Source: Eledone cirrhosa
Taxonomy: Eukaryota
Direction: 5' to 3'
Length of the DNA: 64,000 bases
NCBI GenBank assembly: GCA_964016885.1
Contig: OZ024740.1
Span: 177,258,001 to 177,322,000 of the forward strand
How positions within the stretch are numbered: the first letter of the stretch is position 1; each line of letters opens with the position of its first letter. A program made the position numbers and the translations under genes. Shown here piece by piece: positions 1-13,821 of the stretch. The notes under the pieces are model-generated. The model was given only the letters and a program-made list of their open reading frames with translations, made no database searches and was not told the DNA's origin.

Positions 1-1687
1 TCCCGAGCAATGGCACTTATTACATGCAAATACTGTTTAACAATGTAGACTATGACTCACTCAGGGGTTAATATCGTTGGCTATGTCTCTGACTCTTAAA
101 TTTTGCGTTACCCCCTCCCCCCCCCCCCCCTGCCCTATATATACGGTGTTATAAGCCTATGAGCGAGATTTTGAGAGCTATTATATAAAGTCAAATATCA
201 CTTCTTAACTTCGTATTTTGAATCGAAAGCTAACACAGTTTCTATTCTCTCACGTCATAGACATGAGTCAAGAGGAGTATGTGCGTACCCCCTGACATTG
301 CATTTCTATGTTGTATTTTTTGCGCAACTCCTAAAGGACTCTTTTGCATATATACACGGCTCCTTAATTGTAGAGCTAACTTAGTTGAAAGGACTCGGCT
401 GCTATTTATAGCTGTCGATCACCCTATTCACGCCACTGGGATGACGCTAGCATGTTGTTAGTAGTTTTAGAATTGCAACACGTGCGATGGGTCAGTCGCA
501 GATTTACATTTGATGTGTAAACACAGGTAGTTAAATCCCTTGCTGAAATCCGAGATTTGACTACTGTGACTTTACGGACTAATGGTGAAATATATTTTTT
601 TAATGAAATATATACAAGGAAGATTAATCATTTTTTAAAAGATAATATTTGAAGCTCTAGTTAAACTTTAATTAGTTACCTACCTCGCTATGTGTGATTA
701 CACACTTTACAAATTATCCCCTGTGATTGTTTCATGTGTTTATTTTAAATATATATATATGTCAATTTCTAGTTGATATAAAATGTTCTTCTCTATTCGT
801 TGGAATCTTTGAGCTTATTCTACGGTGGATATGGCGCATGTCTCTGACATGACTCCCTTAATTTAATTTCATTAAATTAATTTTGTATATATATATATAT
901 ATATATATATAAACGCGTATATATGAATATCAAACATTAGATAATTTGTCACCAATATACATAATATCACAATGGAAAGATCGCTAAAATAAATCAAATT
1001 CAGAGAAACGTATACATATATAATATGTTATACAAAATCACTAACAGTTAGATTTCCAGAACAAAAATCTGAAACAAGAAAACTTCACAAGCATCTCACC
1101 CTAGGGTTAGATTCATAAGTAAGCAACCTAAAATAGTAGCTTCACTAAGTCCGTTTCGAGAACTAAGAAACAGTACTTACGATCTTAATGGATTAAGACC
1201 GTTCATCTTGCAAGAAGATTTTTAATTAGAGGTTTTCTCTTAAGGTGTAAAAAAACTTTATGTTCTACGTAATAATTGTTAATTTATAGAAAATTCTTAA
1301 TTTATTGAAATACCTTTTGAAATAAAAATAGTAATTAAAATCTACTGAGAACTCTTGGCGACTCTCAAAGAAAAGACATAATTTTAAGAATTTGAAATAC
1401 ATTAATTTGAATGACTTAATTAGACTTACAAGCGCTCGCGTCCTGTGGCGCACGAGGCAGCCAAAGTGCTCCAATTACCACGGACTGTTGCATAAGGATG
1501 AAATTTATATATCTAGGAGAGTTATTTGTTTGCTGTGGACATAAAGGGACATGAGTTTCGGTTAATTTGTCCGGACTACATAGTACAATGCTACAGAATT
1601 TACCGATCTGTAAATACATTTTAGACAATGATTTGTATAATTATAATAAAAATAGTGTCATCTCTCTCCCCTTCTCAGTACATTTAC

Positions 1688-1724
<37 letters not shown>

Positions 1725-1785
1725 CGTGTGAGTGTGGGTGCGCGCATGCGTATATGTGCGTGTGTGTGTATAACAGCAATGATAT

Positions 1786-1975
1786 AATTAATTGTTTCTA
1801 CTTTTGGCACAAGGCCATCAATTATCTCAGTACATTACTGGTACTTTATTTTATCGACCCCCGTAAGGATGAAAGGCAAAGTTAACCTCAGCGGGATTTG
1901 AACTCAGAATGGCAAGGGCCGTAACTCTATACGTCAAATCATGGTGGCCGACCCTCTAGCGATACTGCCATGATA
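1786..1975 (-). mobile_element. tRNA-derived SINE (dominant family of the window); partial second copy at ~1985-2080
   Basis: Reverse complement of the consensus seen intact at 61001-61186: B box (ggatttgaac on +), central ttttatcgaccccgtaaggatgaaaggcaaagttaacc, AT-rich tail. Confidence 0.85.
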
Positions 1976-2206
1976 TAATTAATATAATTGTTTCTACGTT
2001 AGGCATAAGGCCAGCAATTACCCAGTGTATTACTGGTACTTTATTTTATCGACCCCGTAAGGATGAAAGGGAAAGTTAAATAATTAATATAATGATGTAA
2101 GGTTACAGAATACTGCCTTATTCTTCATTATTGTATATGTTTATTTTGAATAGAAATGGTCATCTCCCGATGCCCATCGGGAATCTACCCATAATTATAC
2201 ACACAG

Positions 2207-3120
<914 letters not shown>

Positions 3121-4396
3121 TATATCTTTCAGTATGCCTTTTTTTTCTCTTTCCCGATTCTTACAAAGTCTTTCTTAAATTTCGTTTTTGCTTATGAAGA
3201 TGATTTTTATATATTTCCTCTGTGTACTCTCTTCAAACATCTTGAGTCCTTGTGACCATTAAAATAAATCCTCCTCATCCTCGTCATCATCATCATCATC
3301 ATCACCATTAGTTGCCATATTTACGGTAGTTGTTGTTTTTAGTTATCATACTTCATTATTTAGTTCTCTGCTTCATTAAATCAAACATGGTGGCGTGGTT
3401 TGATGACATAGATGGGTTTTTATTTATTTATTTATTTATTAGATATGTGAAGGTAGAAGGCGTTTAAAGACGTTGGCATGTTTGACATGTCAACAAAAGA
3501 CTTCATTCACTATTCGCTTAAACTTTTTTTTCTCTGCAGTTATTTTTGCTATTGTTGTTGTTGTCACTGTAGAATGAATGAGGGGGGAAGAATAAAATAT
3601 AAATAAATACATTTTCCAAACGACCCTTCTCAATTTTCCTCCATCACAAACACGCACAGGGCAGACTTCGAGACTTGTGCACTAACATACATGTTTGAAC
3701 ATAGACATGCACACTACATGCATGCTTGCATACATGCATGCAGACTTGCATGCACACAAATGCACACAAACGCATACGCAGATGTGCATAGAATGGATAC
3801 GTATAGATGCTAATACACACATGAGACAGACTCATAATGACAGCTATACATATATATATATATACATACATGCAAACAGCACTTATATGCATACGCATAT
3901 ACGCACACAAGCACATGCACATATATACACATGTACTCTTATATAGACAAGAACGTACATTCACACATACACACACGCATGCAATAATACACACACACTC
4001 AAAGATAGTCCCCACATACAAGATCTCATAGCTGGTGATAAAATAATTATTCCTTCGCATTCGGAGATATTTAAATTTTGAATAAATGTGTTTTTCTGAT
4101 TTGCAACTCTCACTATCATTTAATTTCCTTCGAAGAAACACTAAGAAGGAACATGCCATTTGGTCTGTGATACGTGTGTGCGAAGCAAATTCCTTTACCG
4201 CACAGTCATGCCTGTATATATAAATCCAAGCAGGCTCAACCAGATAATATATATATGTACAGTTTACTTGTTATTTTCAACTGTAATGAGGTTTTTGAGG
4301 TGTTTGAACTGTAACTCTATGACGAAGTGCAGGTCGGCTGAAATTTATGTTACTTTGAAAATGCATTGATTCTTTGGTGTTTTTCTTTTGTTAATA

Positions 4397-4428
<32 letters not shown>

Positions 4429-4456
4429 GCACACACACACAAACACACATATATAT

Positions 4457-4480
4457 GTTAAGGGTGAAAGCTTAAACTTT
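4457..4480 (+). ncRNA. 3' half of a minimal hammerhead (GGGT GAAA GC TT AAACTTT), same family as 29234-29288
   Basis: gttaagggtgaaagcttaaactttaatctgttat is shared with 29252-29298; palindromic AAGCTT stem III; 5' half replaced by (TA)n. Confidence 0.5.
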
Positions 4481-4498
4481 AATCTGTTATTGTAATAA

Positions 4499-4536
<38 letters not shown>

Positions 4537-5439
4537 GCACACATATATATATATATATATATGTGTGTTTATGTGTAGTGTCTTATTGTGTATATATATA
4601 TTTATCTGTATATATACTCCTATAAACATCACACTCTCAGATATACACGTGCACACGTGCACCCCACTTACAGATTCGCGGTCGACCACAATTTTGATTT
4701 TAATTCCTGACACACGATTGAAAATAAAACGAACATGAAACTCGGATATTTGAGCAATATCAGATCTAGTGATCGGGTGTTCATTTTCTCTGGGAGGAAT
4801 GATAAAGAAATGTAATTTGAGCTGAACCGGTAGCTGAAGATTCCCATGGATGTCACATGCATAAAGGGGTGTGGGACTGATTGGGATAGTTGCAGGGTGG
4901 AGGGGAGGCTTATAAAAGAATGTAATTTGAGAAGAGATAATCACCGAAGATTCTCTTGTATCCCAGATGCAAAAAGGGGTGTGGAATTGTCTGGGGCCTA
5001 AAAATCTGAAAGGAAGAAAGAAAAGGATAGAAATTCATTGGAAAAGGGATAATCAGTGAATATTCTCTTTGTATTTCATATTCACGAACGGGTTGGGATT
5101 TTCTAGAATAATTTGAGCGAGGCGTGGAATGATAAACGAATTTCATTTAATCGAGGCCAATAATTCCGAATTCCCTTTCTATGTCGTATGCACGATAACA
5201 TGAGATACGTCTGTAGATATTTGAGAGACTGATAAATGAACTGAATATGGCCAGAGCCAATTATTAATCTGTTTTGCACAACACACGTATCAAAGAGTGT
5301 GGATTGGACCGAAACATGAACTTTAATTGTGTTGTGTATTTCTCTTACGTTTCACATTCTGTGCTGCATCTCTGCGTGTATAATGTACAGTAGGTGGGGA
5401 TGTGGTGGTAGAGCCCAAATACAAGTGAGTTATTGAATA

Positions 5440-5635
5440 ATGGTTTCTGATTTAGGCACAAGGCCAACAATTTTTTGTGGGAGGAGGGAGAAGTCGATTA
5501 AATCGCCCCCACTGTGTTACTGGTACTTTATTTTATCGACCCTGCAAGGATGAAAGGCAAAGCTAACTTCAGCAGGATTTGAAACCACAACGTAAAAAGG
5601 GCCATAACTATATGCAACAAAGCATATAGTCTGAC
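5440..5635 (-). mobile_element. SINE copy
   Basis: ctggtactttattttatcgaccctgcaaggatgaaaggcaaagct...ggatttgaa matches the family core. Confidence 0.8.
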
Positions 5636-6519
5636 TCAGAAGACAGCAAATTCTTGAGTAGTTGGAAAAATCGAGTAAATTACACATGGAGTAAAAAAGA
5701 AAAAGAAAATGGACAGAGGCCCCTATGATAATTCTTTCGGGTGACAGGCAAGAGCTTTAACCACTAGGCTTTCTTTACACTTCTAAATAGAGGCATACAA
5801 TCTAAAATGACGGAATTAGTGGCCAGCGGCGCTTGAGAGTAGTAATTAACACACCGACCCGACATCCGAGAGGTGCGGAATTCGAATTCTCGCAGGTATC
5901 ACTCTCAATAGAGAGCGAGCCCTACAGACGTAAATATATATATATATATTTGGCTCTGTATATGACAACATACTAATGCTTACAAAGTAACTGTTATTGT
6001 TGATGTGAGAGTGAAAATAATAATAAATATTTCTAATAGAAGTGTAAACACCACACATTTCGTAAAGCAGAGGTCGATTTTATCAAAGTTGGTTGAATGA
6101 AAGACATGTGCCCCGAGTTTGGTACTCGGCGCTGAGAAACAAATCAAATACTGCAAACAATGCGTACGGTGTTTTACCGATTCTGTCCCTCGTCCCATCT
6201 CAATACTGACAACAATTAAATACATAAATAACCCGACACATAAATAAGTGATGCCTTGAAATGAGGAGTTTGGGGAACAATCAAGCGAAGAAAGATTAAA
6301 GATCATAAGTGATTGTTTAACATGATATAAATAAAGGCCAGGTCTTCAAAGCATACTTTATTGACATAGGACGTATTAAACAATGAAGTGCTGTAAAAAT
6401 ATGGACTGGACACTATCACTACTATACTATATTTGATCATAGATTTTCTTGATCAGGTCTTACCTGGAGCTAAACAACATGAGTAAATCTACTTCTAAAA
6501 CAAAACAATGATGAAATTA

Positions 6520-6700
6520 ATAATTGTTTCTACTTTGGGCACAAGGCCAGCAATTACCCAGTACATTACTGGTACTTTATTTTATAGACCCCGTAAGGAT
6601 GAAAGGCAAAGTTAACCTCGGCGAGATTTGAACTCAGATCATAAAGGGATGTAACTCTATGCTTCAAAGCTTGGCGTTCGACTCTCTACCGATACTGCCA
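6520..6700 (-). mobile_element. SINE copy
   Basis: Near-identical to 16545-16735. Confidence 0.85.
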
Positions 6701-7529
6701 AATTAATAATATCAGTTTCTAATTTAAGGGCAAGGCAAGATATCGAACCCAATACTTCGGTGGTACTTGGTATTCTTTACTAAACAACGAAAAGAAATGT
6801 TGTGCTCCGTAGGATTTTAATTCAAGAGCTGTAACTAAATACTGCAATGCATTTTGTGCGACGCTGTAACAACTTTGTGGAGCTACCATCGAAATATAAA
6901 AACAAAATCAATAACAAAACTAGACAGATCATGTAGAAGCAATAACACCATGATTATCCTCGTTATAATATATACACTTTGATTTGATTTGATTTTTTTT
7001 TCCTTCAAAGGGTCATCGCAACATCAATAGTGAACTAATTAGCTGTCTAAACGTACCAACAAAATAACTGTCTGTATTTGTTAAGAAAACATTGTGACAA
7101 GGTGTTTAAGATGACAAATATAAATTACACACACACGTAGAAATCGTTGTTCAGTGAGATAAGCGGCAGCAGTAAACGTCATGAGAGAATTCTACCTCAT
7201 CTTTGTTTTATCGCTTAGTTAAGAAGAAGGGTCTTGCATGTAACCCTTTCGTTTTTCTTTTATTTAAGACCTCTACTAGGAGACGAGGAAGAAGGTGTGC
7301 TCAAACCGACGACTTGGTTCGAATGCTTGCAATATAGTGGATTCCATTAATGCGTCCAAGTTTGAAGAAATGGTGTTAAACCTGGTGAAGGATATGATCC
7401 AGTACCAGAAAAGAAGAAAGTTATACTCAAACTGAAGATTTGGTCCTAATATTTGCCTCAAAGTGTACTCCATTATATCCAACAACTAGGTAGTTCTACT
7501 CAACCAGGTGACGGAATATATATATACAT

Positions 7530-7533
7530 TCTT

Positions 7534-7564
<31 letters not shown>

Positions 7565-7925
7565 TTCACACATTTATTTTTGAGAGGTTCGTCGGGGCAG
7601 AGTCCTCAAAAACTCCTTCCAGCGGGTCCTGTCAGAAGCAACAATCTCTAACTGGGCTGGATCCCAAAACGAGACCAGCCAAGCTCATGAATGTTATCCA
7701 ACCATCTTGTTCGAGTCTACCCTTGGGTCTACTGCCGGTTGGCATTCGAGCCAACCTTCACGTATGTGAATCTTGAGTAATGACCAGAGAATACTATCGT
7801 AAATACAAGCAGCCGAAATGGGGTTCTTCCGAAAGTTCTTAGGAATAATATTACTCAATAATGTGCATAGCTCGGAGATCAGAGAGTCCCTTCACGTAGC
7901 ACCGCTACTTCTCCAAATTGAGAGA
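7530..7925. mobile_element. RTE-clade LINE 3' fragment with internal inversion and (GAA)n tail
   Basis: 7575-7750 is the reverse complement of the 51820-52000 RTE segment (GRRPxGRPRTxW); 7760-7925 matches 51590-51750 in + sense; (CTT)n at 7530-7563. Confidence 0.7.
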
Positions 7926-8067
7926 TCACAGCTCTGATACCATGGATATGTAGTTAGAATATCACAGGAAAGAATCGCTGAACAGATTTTACAGGCATAT
8001 ATATACTTATACTTCATATATACATATACTTCGTTTTTTAATTTGTTTTGAAAACGTGTATTGAAAC

Positions 8068-8350
8068 ATATATTGTTATACTTTGGGAGGGTCATGTTGC
8101 CAATAAAAGACACGCACCTGTTGGTTTTCACTTCAAGTTATTATAAATTTCCGTTTGGTAGGTTGATTGGTTCGATAACCGGATGATTGTTTATATATTG
8201 TCAACGCTCTTTCGTCACACATTCTGTGACCTCTTCAGTGACTTCACTATGGAACCAACCAAGCAGAAATGTATAATAAATTGAAGTGAAAACCAACAGG
8301 TGCGTGCGTTTTTATTGGCAGCATGACCCTACCAAAGTATAACAATATAT
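8068..8350. repeat. ~105-bp imperfect inverted repeat (arms 8068-8177 / 8248-8350)
   Basis: ttgttatactttgggagggtcatgttgccaataaaa...cacctgttggttttcacttcaa versus ttgaagtgaaaaccaacaggtg...ttttattggcagcatgaccctaccaaagtataacaa. Confidence 0.85.
8200..8242 (-). ncRNA. degenerate minimal hammerhead in the spacer of the inverted repeat
   Basis: Minus strand: gtca CTGAAGA G GTCAC agaatgt GTGAC GAAA gagcgt tgac; stems I and II pair but the NUH triplet is out of register. Confidence 0.5.
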
Positions 8351-8718
8351 ATATATATATATATATCGGCTACCACCAATAACAACAACAGCAATAATAA
8401 TAAAATGATGTTGATGGTGATGATTACTGAAGATTTTTTTATAAAAATGCCTAGAAAATGCTATTTTCATCATTTCTAAAAATAGCAAAACAATTGATGC
8501 TTTGGATAGGGTCAAATGGAAGTCGTTAGACATGCTCACCAACCGTGACGCCTAAACCAATCAGCTTCAGTAATATAGTGAAACCACACACCGATTGGTC
8601 GAAATACAGTTTGCAAAACTTAGCATTCTGTAGCCCCTTTTTACTGTATATAAGACTCAGTTTTTACCCATCTCATTACAGTTGAAAATTGCCAACTTGA
8701 TTATCACCACTGAATATG

Positions 8719-8753
8719 AACCTGAAGATTGCGAAAGCATGAAAGTACTTGTT
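8719..8753 (+). ncRNA. minimal type I hammerhead ribozyme (PLE pLTR type)
   Basis: aac CTGAAGA TTGC gaaa GCAT GAAA GTAC T T gtt: intact core, GAAA-capped stem II, palindromic AGTACT stem III, CUU site, short stem I. Confidence 0.75.
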
Positions 8754-8859
8754 GAATTAACATTTAATATTCTACCATACTATTTCATTATAATATCATT
8801 ATAATTTTAAAGGATTGTAAATAAAACGAGTAAATCAGACAAAGTTAGAATTCCTTTTA

Positions 8860-8912
<53 letters not shown>

Positions 8913-8940
8913 AACATGTATATATATTATATATATATAT

Positions 8941-10176
8941 GAGTTTTACCAACAGGTTACGGGGGTAGCCATGGGTACAAGAATGGGCCCGAACTATGCC
9001 AAACTTTTTGTTGGCCATGTTGAGGCCCAAATCTTTGCCCAGTTCACCGGCCCCACGCCCGAACTGTACGGTCGTTACATTGACGACTGTATCGGAGCCA
9101 CAACCCTCACCCGAGAACAGCTCGACTCCTTTCTCTCCTTCTTCTGCTCCTTCCACCCCTCCCTCCACTTCACCACCTCTATCTCCACCACCCACGTCCA
9201 CTTCTTAGACATCTCCGTCGCCTTCGACCCCTCCCACCACTCCCTCGTCACCTCCGCCTTCTTCAAACCCACCGACTCCCACTCTTACCTTGACTTCACC
9301 TCTTCCCACCCCACACACACTAAACACTCTATTCCCTACTCCCAACACCTCAGGATCCGCCGCCTCTGTAGCCGAGATGCTGACTTCGAGTCCCAGGCCC
9401 TTTCCCTAGTCAGCAATTTCATCCGCAGAGGTTAACTCCCCCCCCCCCCCCTCTCTCTCTCGTCCACACCGCTCTCACCCGCGCTCGTGCTGTCCACCGC
9501 TCTCACCCGCGCCCGTGCTGTCCACCGCTCCACCACCCTCACGCCACCGCACACCCACCGTCTCCCCTTCCCCATCACCTACCACCCCTCCACCTTACCC
9601 CTCCACCGCACCATCCGCCGCCTCTCCCGACGCCTCCAGTCCGACCCCTCCACCTCCCACATCTTCCCAACCCCACCACTCCCCTCCTTCAAACGCGCAC
9701 GCAATCTCCGCACCCTCCTCGTCCACAATTCCCTACCCCCAACCCACGCTCCCCCCCCCGGTTCCTTTCCCTGTTCTAGGCCCCGCTGCAACACCTGTCC
9801 CCACATCACCAACACCACCACCTTCCAGGGTCCCAACGGCCACTCTCTCTCTGTCCGGCATGCCTTCCGCTGCACCTCCTCCAACCTAGTCTACGGACTT
9901 CGCTGCACGGAGTGCAGCGCGACTTACGTCGGACAGACGGGACGTCGCCTGGCGGACCGATTCACTGAGCACCCCCGGGATATTCGTCTCGGTGGTAGTT
10001 CCCCCAGCGCCCACCACTTTGGTGCCCCTGGACATTCCGCACGCGATCTCACAGTCTATGGCCTACTCCAATGCCACGGAACACCCGCCAATCTCCTCAG
10101 AGTTGAACAAAGAACCATCTTCATCTTACAGACCCACACTCCCCCCGGCCTGAACTTCCCACCCTTATTCCTTTAG
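8941..10176 (+). pseudogene. PLE RT/GIY-YIG ORF, broken at ~9435-9490
   Basis: Track ORFs 8971-9435 and 9487-10176; stop, poly-C/CT insertion and short duplication between them. Confidence 0.9.
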
Positions 10177-11604
10177 CCTTCGACTGCCCCCCTCCCACCA
10201 CACATATCCCCCACTAACACCACTAACACCCCCCCCCCCCTTTTCACCGCCCACCCCACAACTAATAATACTAACACCTCCACTCCACCCCTCATCCGAC
10301 CACCCTTCCCCAACTAACATACTAACATCCCTCCCTTCTTCTCCCCCCCCCCTTCTTATCACACGCACACACCCACCGGCACAGATATACACGCGCTCAC
10401 ACTAAACACACACCCTACTACCACCACTAACCCTCACTCCCACACATCCATCCCACCACCCCGCAACTAACATCACTAACACCTCCTAACCCCAAGCACA
10501 CGAACACACGCACCCACTTACACCACCCACCCCACACGCAACTAACATCACTAACACCCCCCAACCCCACGCACACGTACCCACACACCCTCGTACACCA
10601 CCAACTCTACACACCCTACCACCACTAACCCCCACTCACACCTGCATTCAACCCTTTCTCCACCTCCCGTATACTAACACCCACTAACACCCCCTTCATC
10701 AAACTACACACACACCAGTACACCACACTCTCTCCATCGACCCCCACACCCTTCTCTCCCCGCTCCACCCACACCCTTTCTCCACACTCATCCCACTAAC
10801 ACCTCTACTAATACACACACACACACACCCTCCTCACTCCAACTTTCACACCTACCCATCCTCGCCCCTTTACCATTCCACCCGACTGCTGCTATGCCCT
10901 CTGACCACCTCCCAGCACACACAGACACACAGCACTCCTACCGCCTTGACCACTTCCTGTTGCGCGCGCACCCCACATCTCTCCTCTTCCGACCATCTCT
11001 CCATGGATTACTCGTATGTGGAGCTTGACCGCGGAATCAACTAACATCCTAGGAGTTTACCAACCTTTCAACCACATCTTCTTACGGAATCACCATTATA
11101 ACTCACCCACACACACACCCAAAGAAACATTTTTCCCACACGCCACCTACACCCACAACACGCTTAAACCCCACACACACGTGCTTTCCACCACATATTT
11201 ACACCTTCAGCCTCCGGATTCCTCTCCCCCCACCCATCTATCCACACACGCACGCACACTCCGACCTACACCCCACCCCACACACACCTCTTCCTGAACA
11301 TGCAACCCCGTTCTTCTCCCAACCCTTGCTTTCACATACACACACACACACACGTACACCTACACACACACACCACCTTCAGCCCTCCCCACTCGGACAC
11401 CCCGTCTCCCTCTCCCCACTCCACCCGCCACCACCCCTACACACACCACACCCTTCCACCACCTGTTTTACCTCATTTTAATTTTATTTTATTTTGATCA
11501 TGCTTTTATTTTTAATTTCATTCGCACCGTTTCCTCCCACCCCTTTTCGCTATATGTCTCTCCACCACTCCCCTACACACCCTTTGAACTCTCTTCCCAC
11601 ACAC

Positions 11605-11675
11605 TTTTCACCTGAAGAAGGGCTTATGCCCGAAACGTCGTTCCCACCACCACTCCACTCTCCAGAGCGTGAAAT
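11605..11675 (+). ncRNA. PLE 3' hammerhead motif
   Basis: CTGAAGA A GGGC ttat GCCC GAAA CG TC at 11612-11639; stem I only by distal pairing tttcac/gtgaaa (11669-11674). Confidence 0.75.
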
Positions 11676-11747
11676 TAATAAACATTCGTTGTACAGCCTC
11701 TCTGTTTTGTTCCTGTTCAAATTTTTCCATTATATATATATATATGA

Positions 11748-12827
11748 CTAGCAGTAAAGCCCGGCGTTGCTCGGGGTCGCTCAGTAGCTGTGTTAAAGTT
11801 ACAATGTTAAGTTTCTTTTTTGGCTTAAAAACTGTAGTGTCTACTGTGCAGACTTGCATGTGGTGTTTTTGATTAATATTCCCTCAACCAACAATATGCC
11901 TTATGAAGTTAAGAAAACATAACGATAACCCGAATGTTATAACAAAAGAGGATGCTGGGGATAAAAACTGCACTGGTTATTTATTAACAATGATCGAAAA
12001 TGTAAACACTGCAACGCAGAGAAAAACATTAGCGTAACCAAATTATCAGTTATGTCTGTCTGCACGCCTATATCACCTCTCTGCACGACTGTCTGTCTGC
12101 ACGCCTATTTCACCTTTCTGCACGACTATCTGTCTGCACGCCTATATCACCTCTCTGCACGACCGTCTGTCTGCACGCGTATATCACCTCTCTGCACGAC
12201 TGTCTGTCTGCACGACTGTCTGTCTGCACGCCTAACGAAATTTACAGATACATATATTTTAAATAAACTTATATAATTTTTGCTTTTTTTTACGAAATAT
12301 TTGCTTGTTTTACGTAGTCTTTAAATAGACTTGTTTTCAAGTAAAAATATTGTTTTAAAATGCTTTTAAATGGAAATGAAGCTTGTTTTACGTAGTCTTT
12401 AAATAGACTTGTTTTCAAGTAAAAATATTGTTTTAAAATGCTTTTAAATGGAAATGAAGCAAAACGGAAGCTTAGTGTTCGAACTGATGAATTTTGCAGG
12501 TCAATATTTTGCTGGCTCGACAACTGTTCGTGTATTGTGTTAATGTCATTTTAAACGCTGAGAAAGCCAGCGTAATTTTTTACGTAAGACGCTCAATGTA
12601 AACAGAACAAAGGGAAATAACTGATAACTTACGCTCAAAAATCGATACATTATATTCGATTTCGTCACATAGGGTGGGTCAATTTGAAATATTTTTTTTC
12701 CGATGTCTTCGCTAGGGCTCAATGTACACGTATAGCAATTTCGGTGCAATTCCGTGAGAGATTCTAAGAGGAGATGTGTGCCAAAAATCGATAGACAGAC
12801 AGACAACCACAGTTTTATATATATAGA
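11748..12827 (-). mobile_element. non-autonomous Helitron
   Basis: Minus strand starts A|TCTATATATATAAAAC..(GTCT)n and ends with hairpin CCCGAGCAACGCCGGG then CTAG|T; internal ~40-bp (12052-12235) and 78-bp (12303-12460) tandem repeats. Confidence 0.8.
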
Positions 12828-12870
12828 TAAAGAACACAAGAGCGTCTACAACATCAAAAGATTTTTATTG

Positions 12871-12915
12871 GCTTACAATGTTTCTTCCTTACGTAACCGT
12901 AGGATTCGTCAGAGC
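12871..12915 (-). ncRNA. minimal type I hammerhead ribozyme
   Basis: Minus strand: gct CTGACGA A TCCTACG gtta CGTA-A-GGA A GAAA C att G TA agc; GUA site; stem I gct/agc, extendable by tttta/taaaa. Confidence 0.75.
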
Positions 12916-13139
12916 TATAAAAGGGATTTGATTGGTGTTATGGACTCTACCAACCAAACATTCAAGAACAATTATTATGCTGCCAATACCTTAATGGGAC
13001 ACGGGTATACAATACCTAACTCCTATTAACCTAAGTATATATATATATATACTTTATTTTGTATTGCACACCCTCACACATTATATATCGATAGAGCGTC
13101 AGACACCATTCTTTGCATCATAGACTTATGGTCCTTTAT

Positions 13140-13255
13140 GAGTTCAAATCTCGCCGAAGTTAACTTTGCCTTTCATCCTTACAGAGTCGATAAAATAAAG
13201 TACCAGTAATACAATGGTATAATTGCTGGCTTTGTGCCAAAAGACAAAACAATTA
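13140..13255 (+). mobile_element. SINE 3' part
   Basis: gagttcaaatctcgccgaagttaactttgcctttcatcc...gataaaataaagtaccag. Confidence 0.8.
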
Positions 13256-13364
13256 CACACACACACACATACACAAATATATATAAATCTATACTGTATA
13301 TAAATATATATAAATATATACAGTATATAAATATATATATAATATATATACATATATATATCGA

Positions 13365-13515
13365 CAGTCGATCGACTTTCGTCAAATCGGACCGAGGAAA
13401 CAATGTTTCCATCGGTCTTTCCAATTGCTAATACTATCTATCGCTCGCAACTCCAGGTAGAAGGAGCAACGTGAAATAAAGTGTCTTGCTCAAGGACATA
13501 ACGCATCACCCGGTG
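13365..13515 (-). mobile_element. second SINE-like repeat family (also 29328-29535; related 18895-19220 and 57270-57530)
   Basis: Shared gaccgaggaaacaatgtttcc...ggagcaacgtgaaataaagtgtcttgctcaaggaca; B-box-like tcgaactc in the longer copies. Confidence 0.65.
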
Positions 13516-13821
13516 TATGTATGTATATATGTGTGTGTGTGTGTAAAGTATATCTATGTTATTAATATAAGAATATGTGTATCTTCATCGTATTATAATA
13601 GTGCAATCTTATTAAAAAAAGCCTTCGTGAATAAAAAAAATGAACAGAAAGAAAAAGTAATGAAAGACAAAGACAAAGACAAATAATAACATATACAAAC
13701 ACATAAAAACAAAGGATAAATGTTTCCGTAAAACAAATAATAAGACGGAGGATTTAAAACAATGATAATTACAATAATAAACATGGAATAATCAGACTTA
13801 TATACCATCTGTCACTTAACA

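Larger units (their letters stand above)
8941..11730 (+). mobile_element. 5'-truncated Penelope-like element, Neptune type (RT C-half, Cys linker, GIY-YIG endonuclease, long C-rich 3' region, HHR)
   Basis: GVAMGTRMGPNYA, RYIDD, FLDI, KPTD..YL...SSHP, CSRPRCNTC, NLVYGLRCTECSATYVGQTGRRLADRF..H, GLN. Confidence 0.92.

Noticed and set aside
1-1630. Possible highly decayed PLE endonuclease on the minus strand (IICKVC, REEHFI)
   Set aside because: Motifs are too short and out of order to support without a profile search.
4803-4990. ~112-nt diverged duplication with CTGAAGA-TTCC/GGAT-GTCA-CATG
   Set aside because: GAAA and UH are absent and there is no stem I; possibly a relic but unsupported.
7278-7480. 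Possible host exon after ctctactag
   Set aside because: Short frame ending in a stop, made of a ~126-nt diverged duplication; no recognisable protein.
12052-12460. CRISPR-like repeats
   Set aside because: Contiguous tandem units without unique spacers, inside a eukaryotic Helitron.
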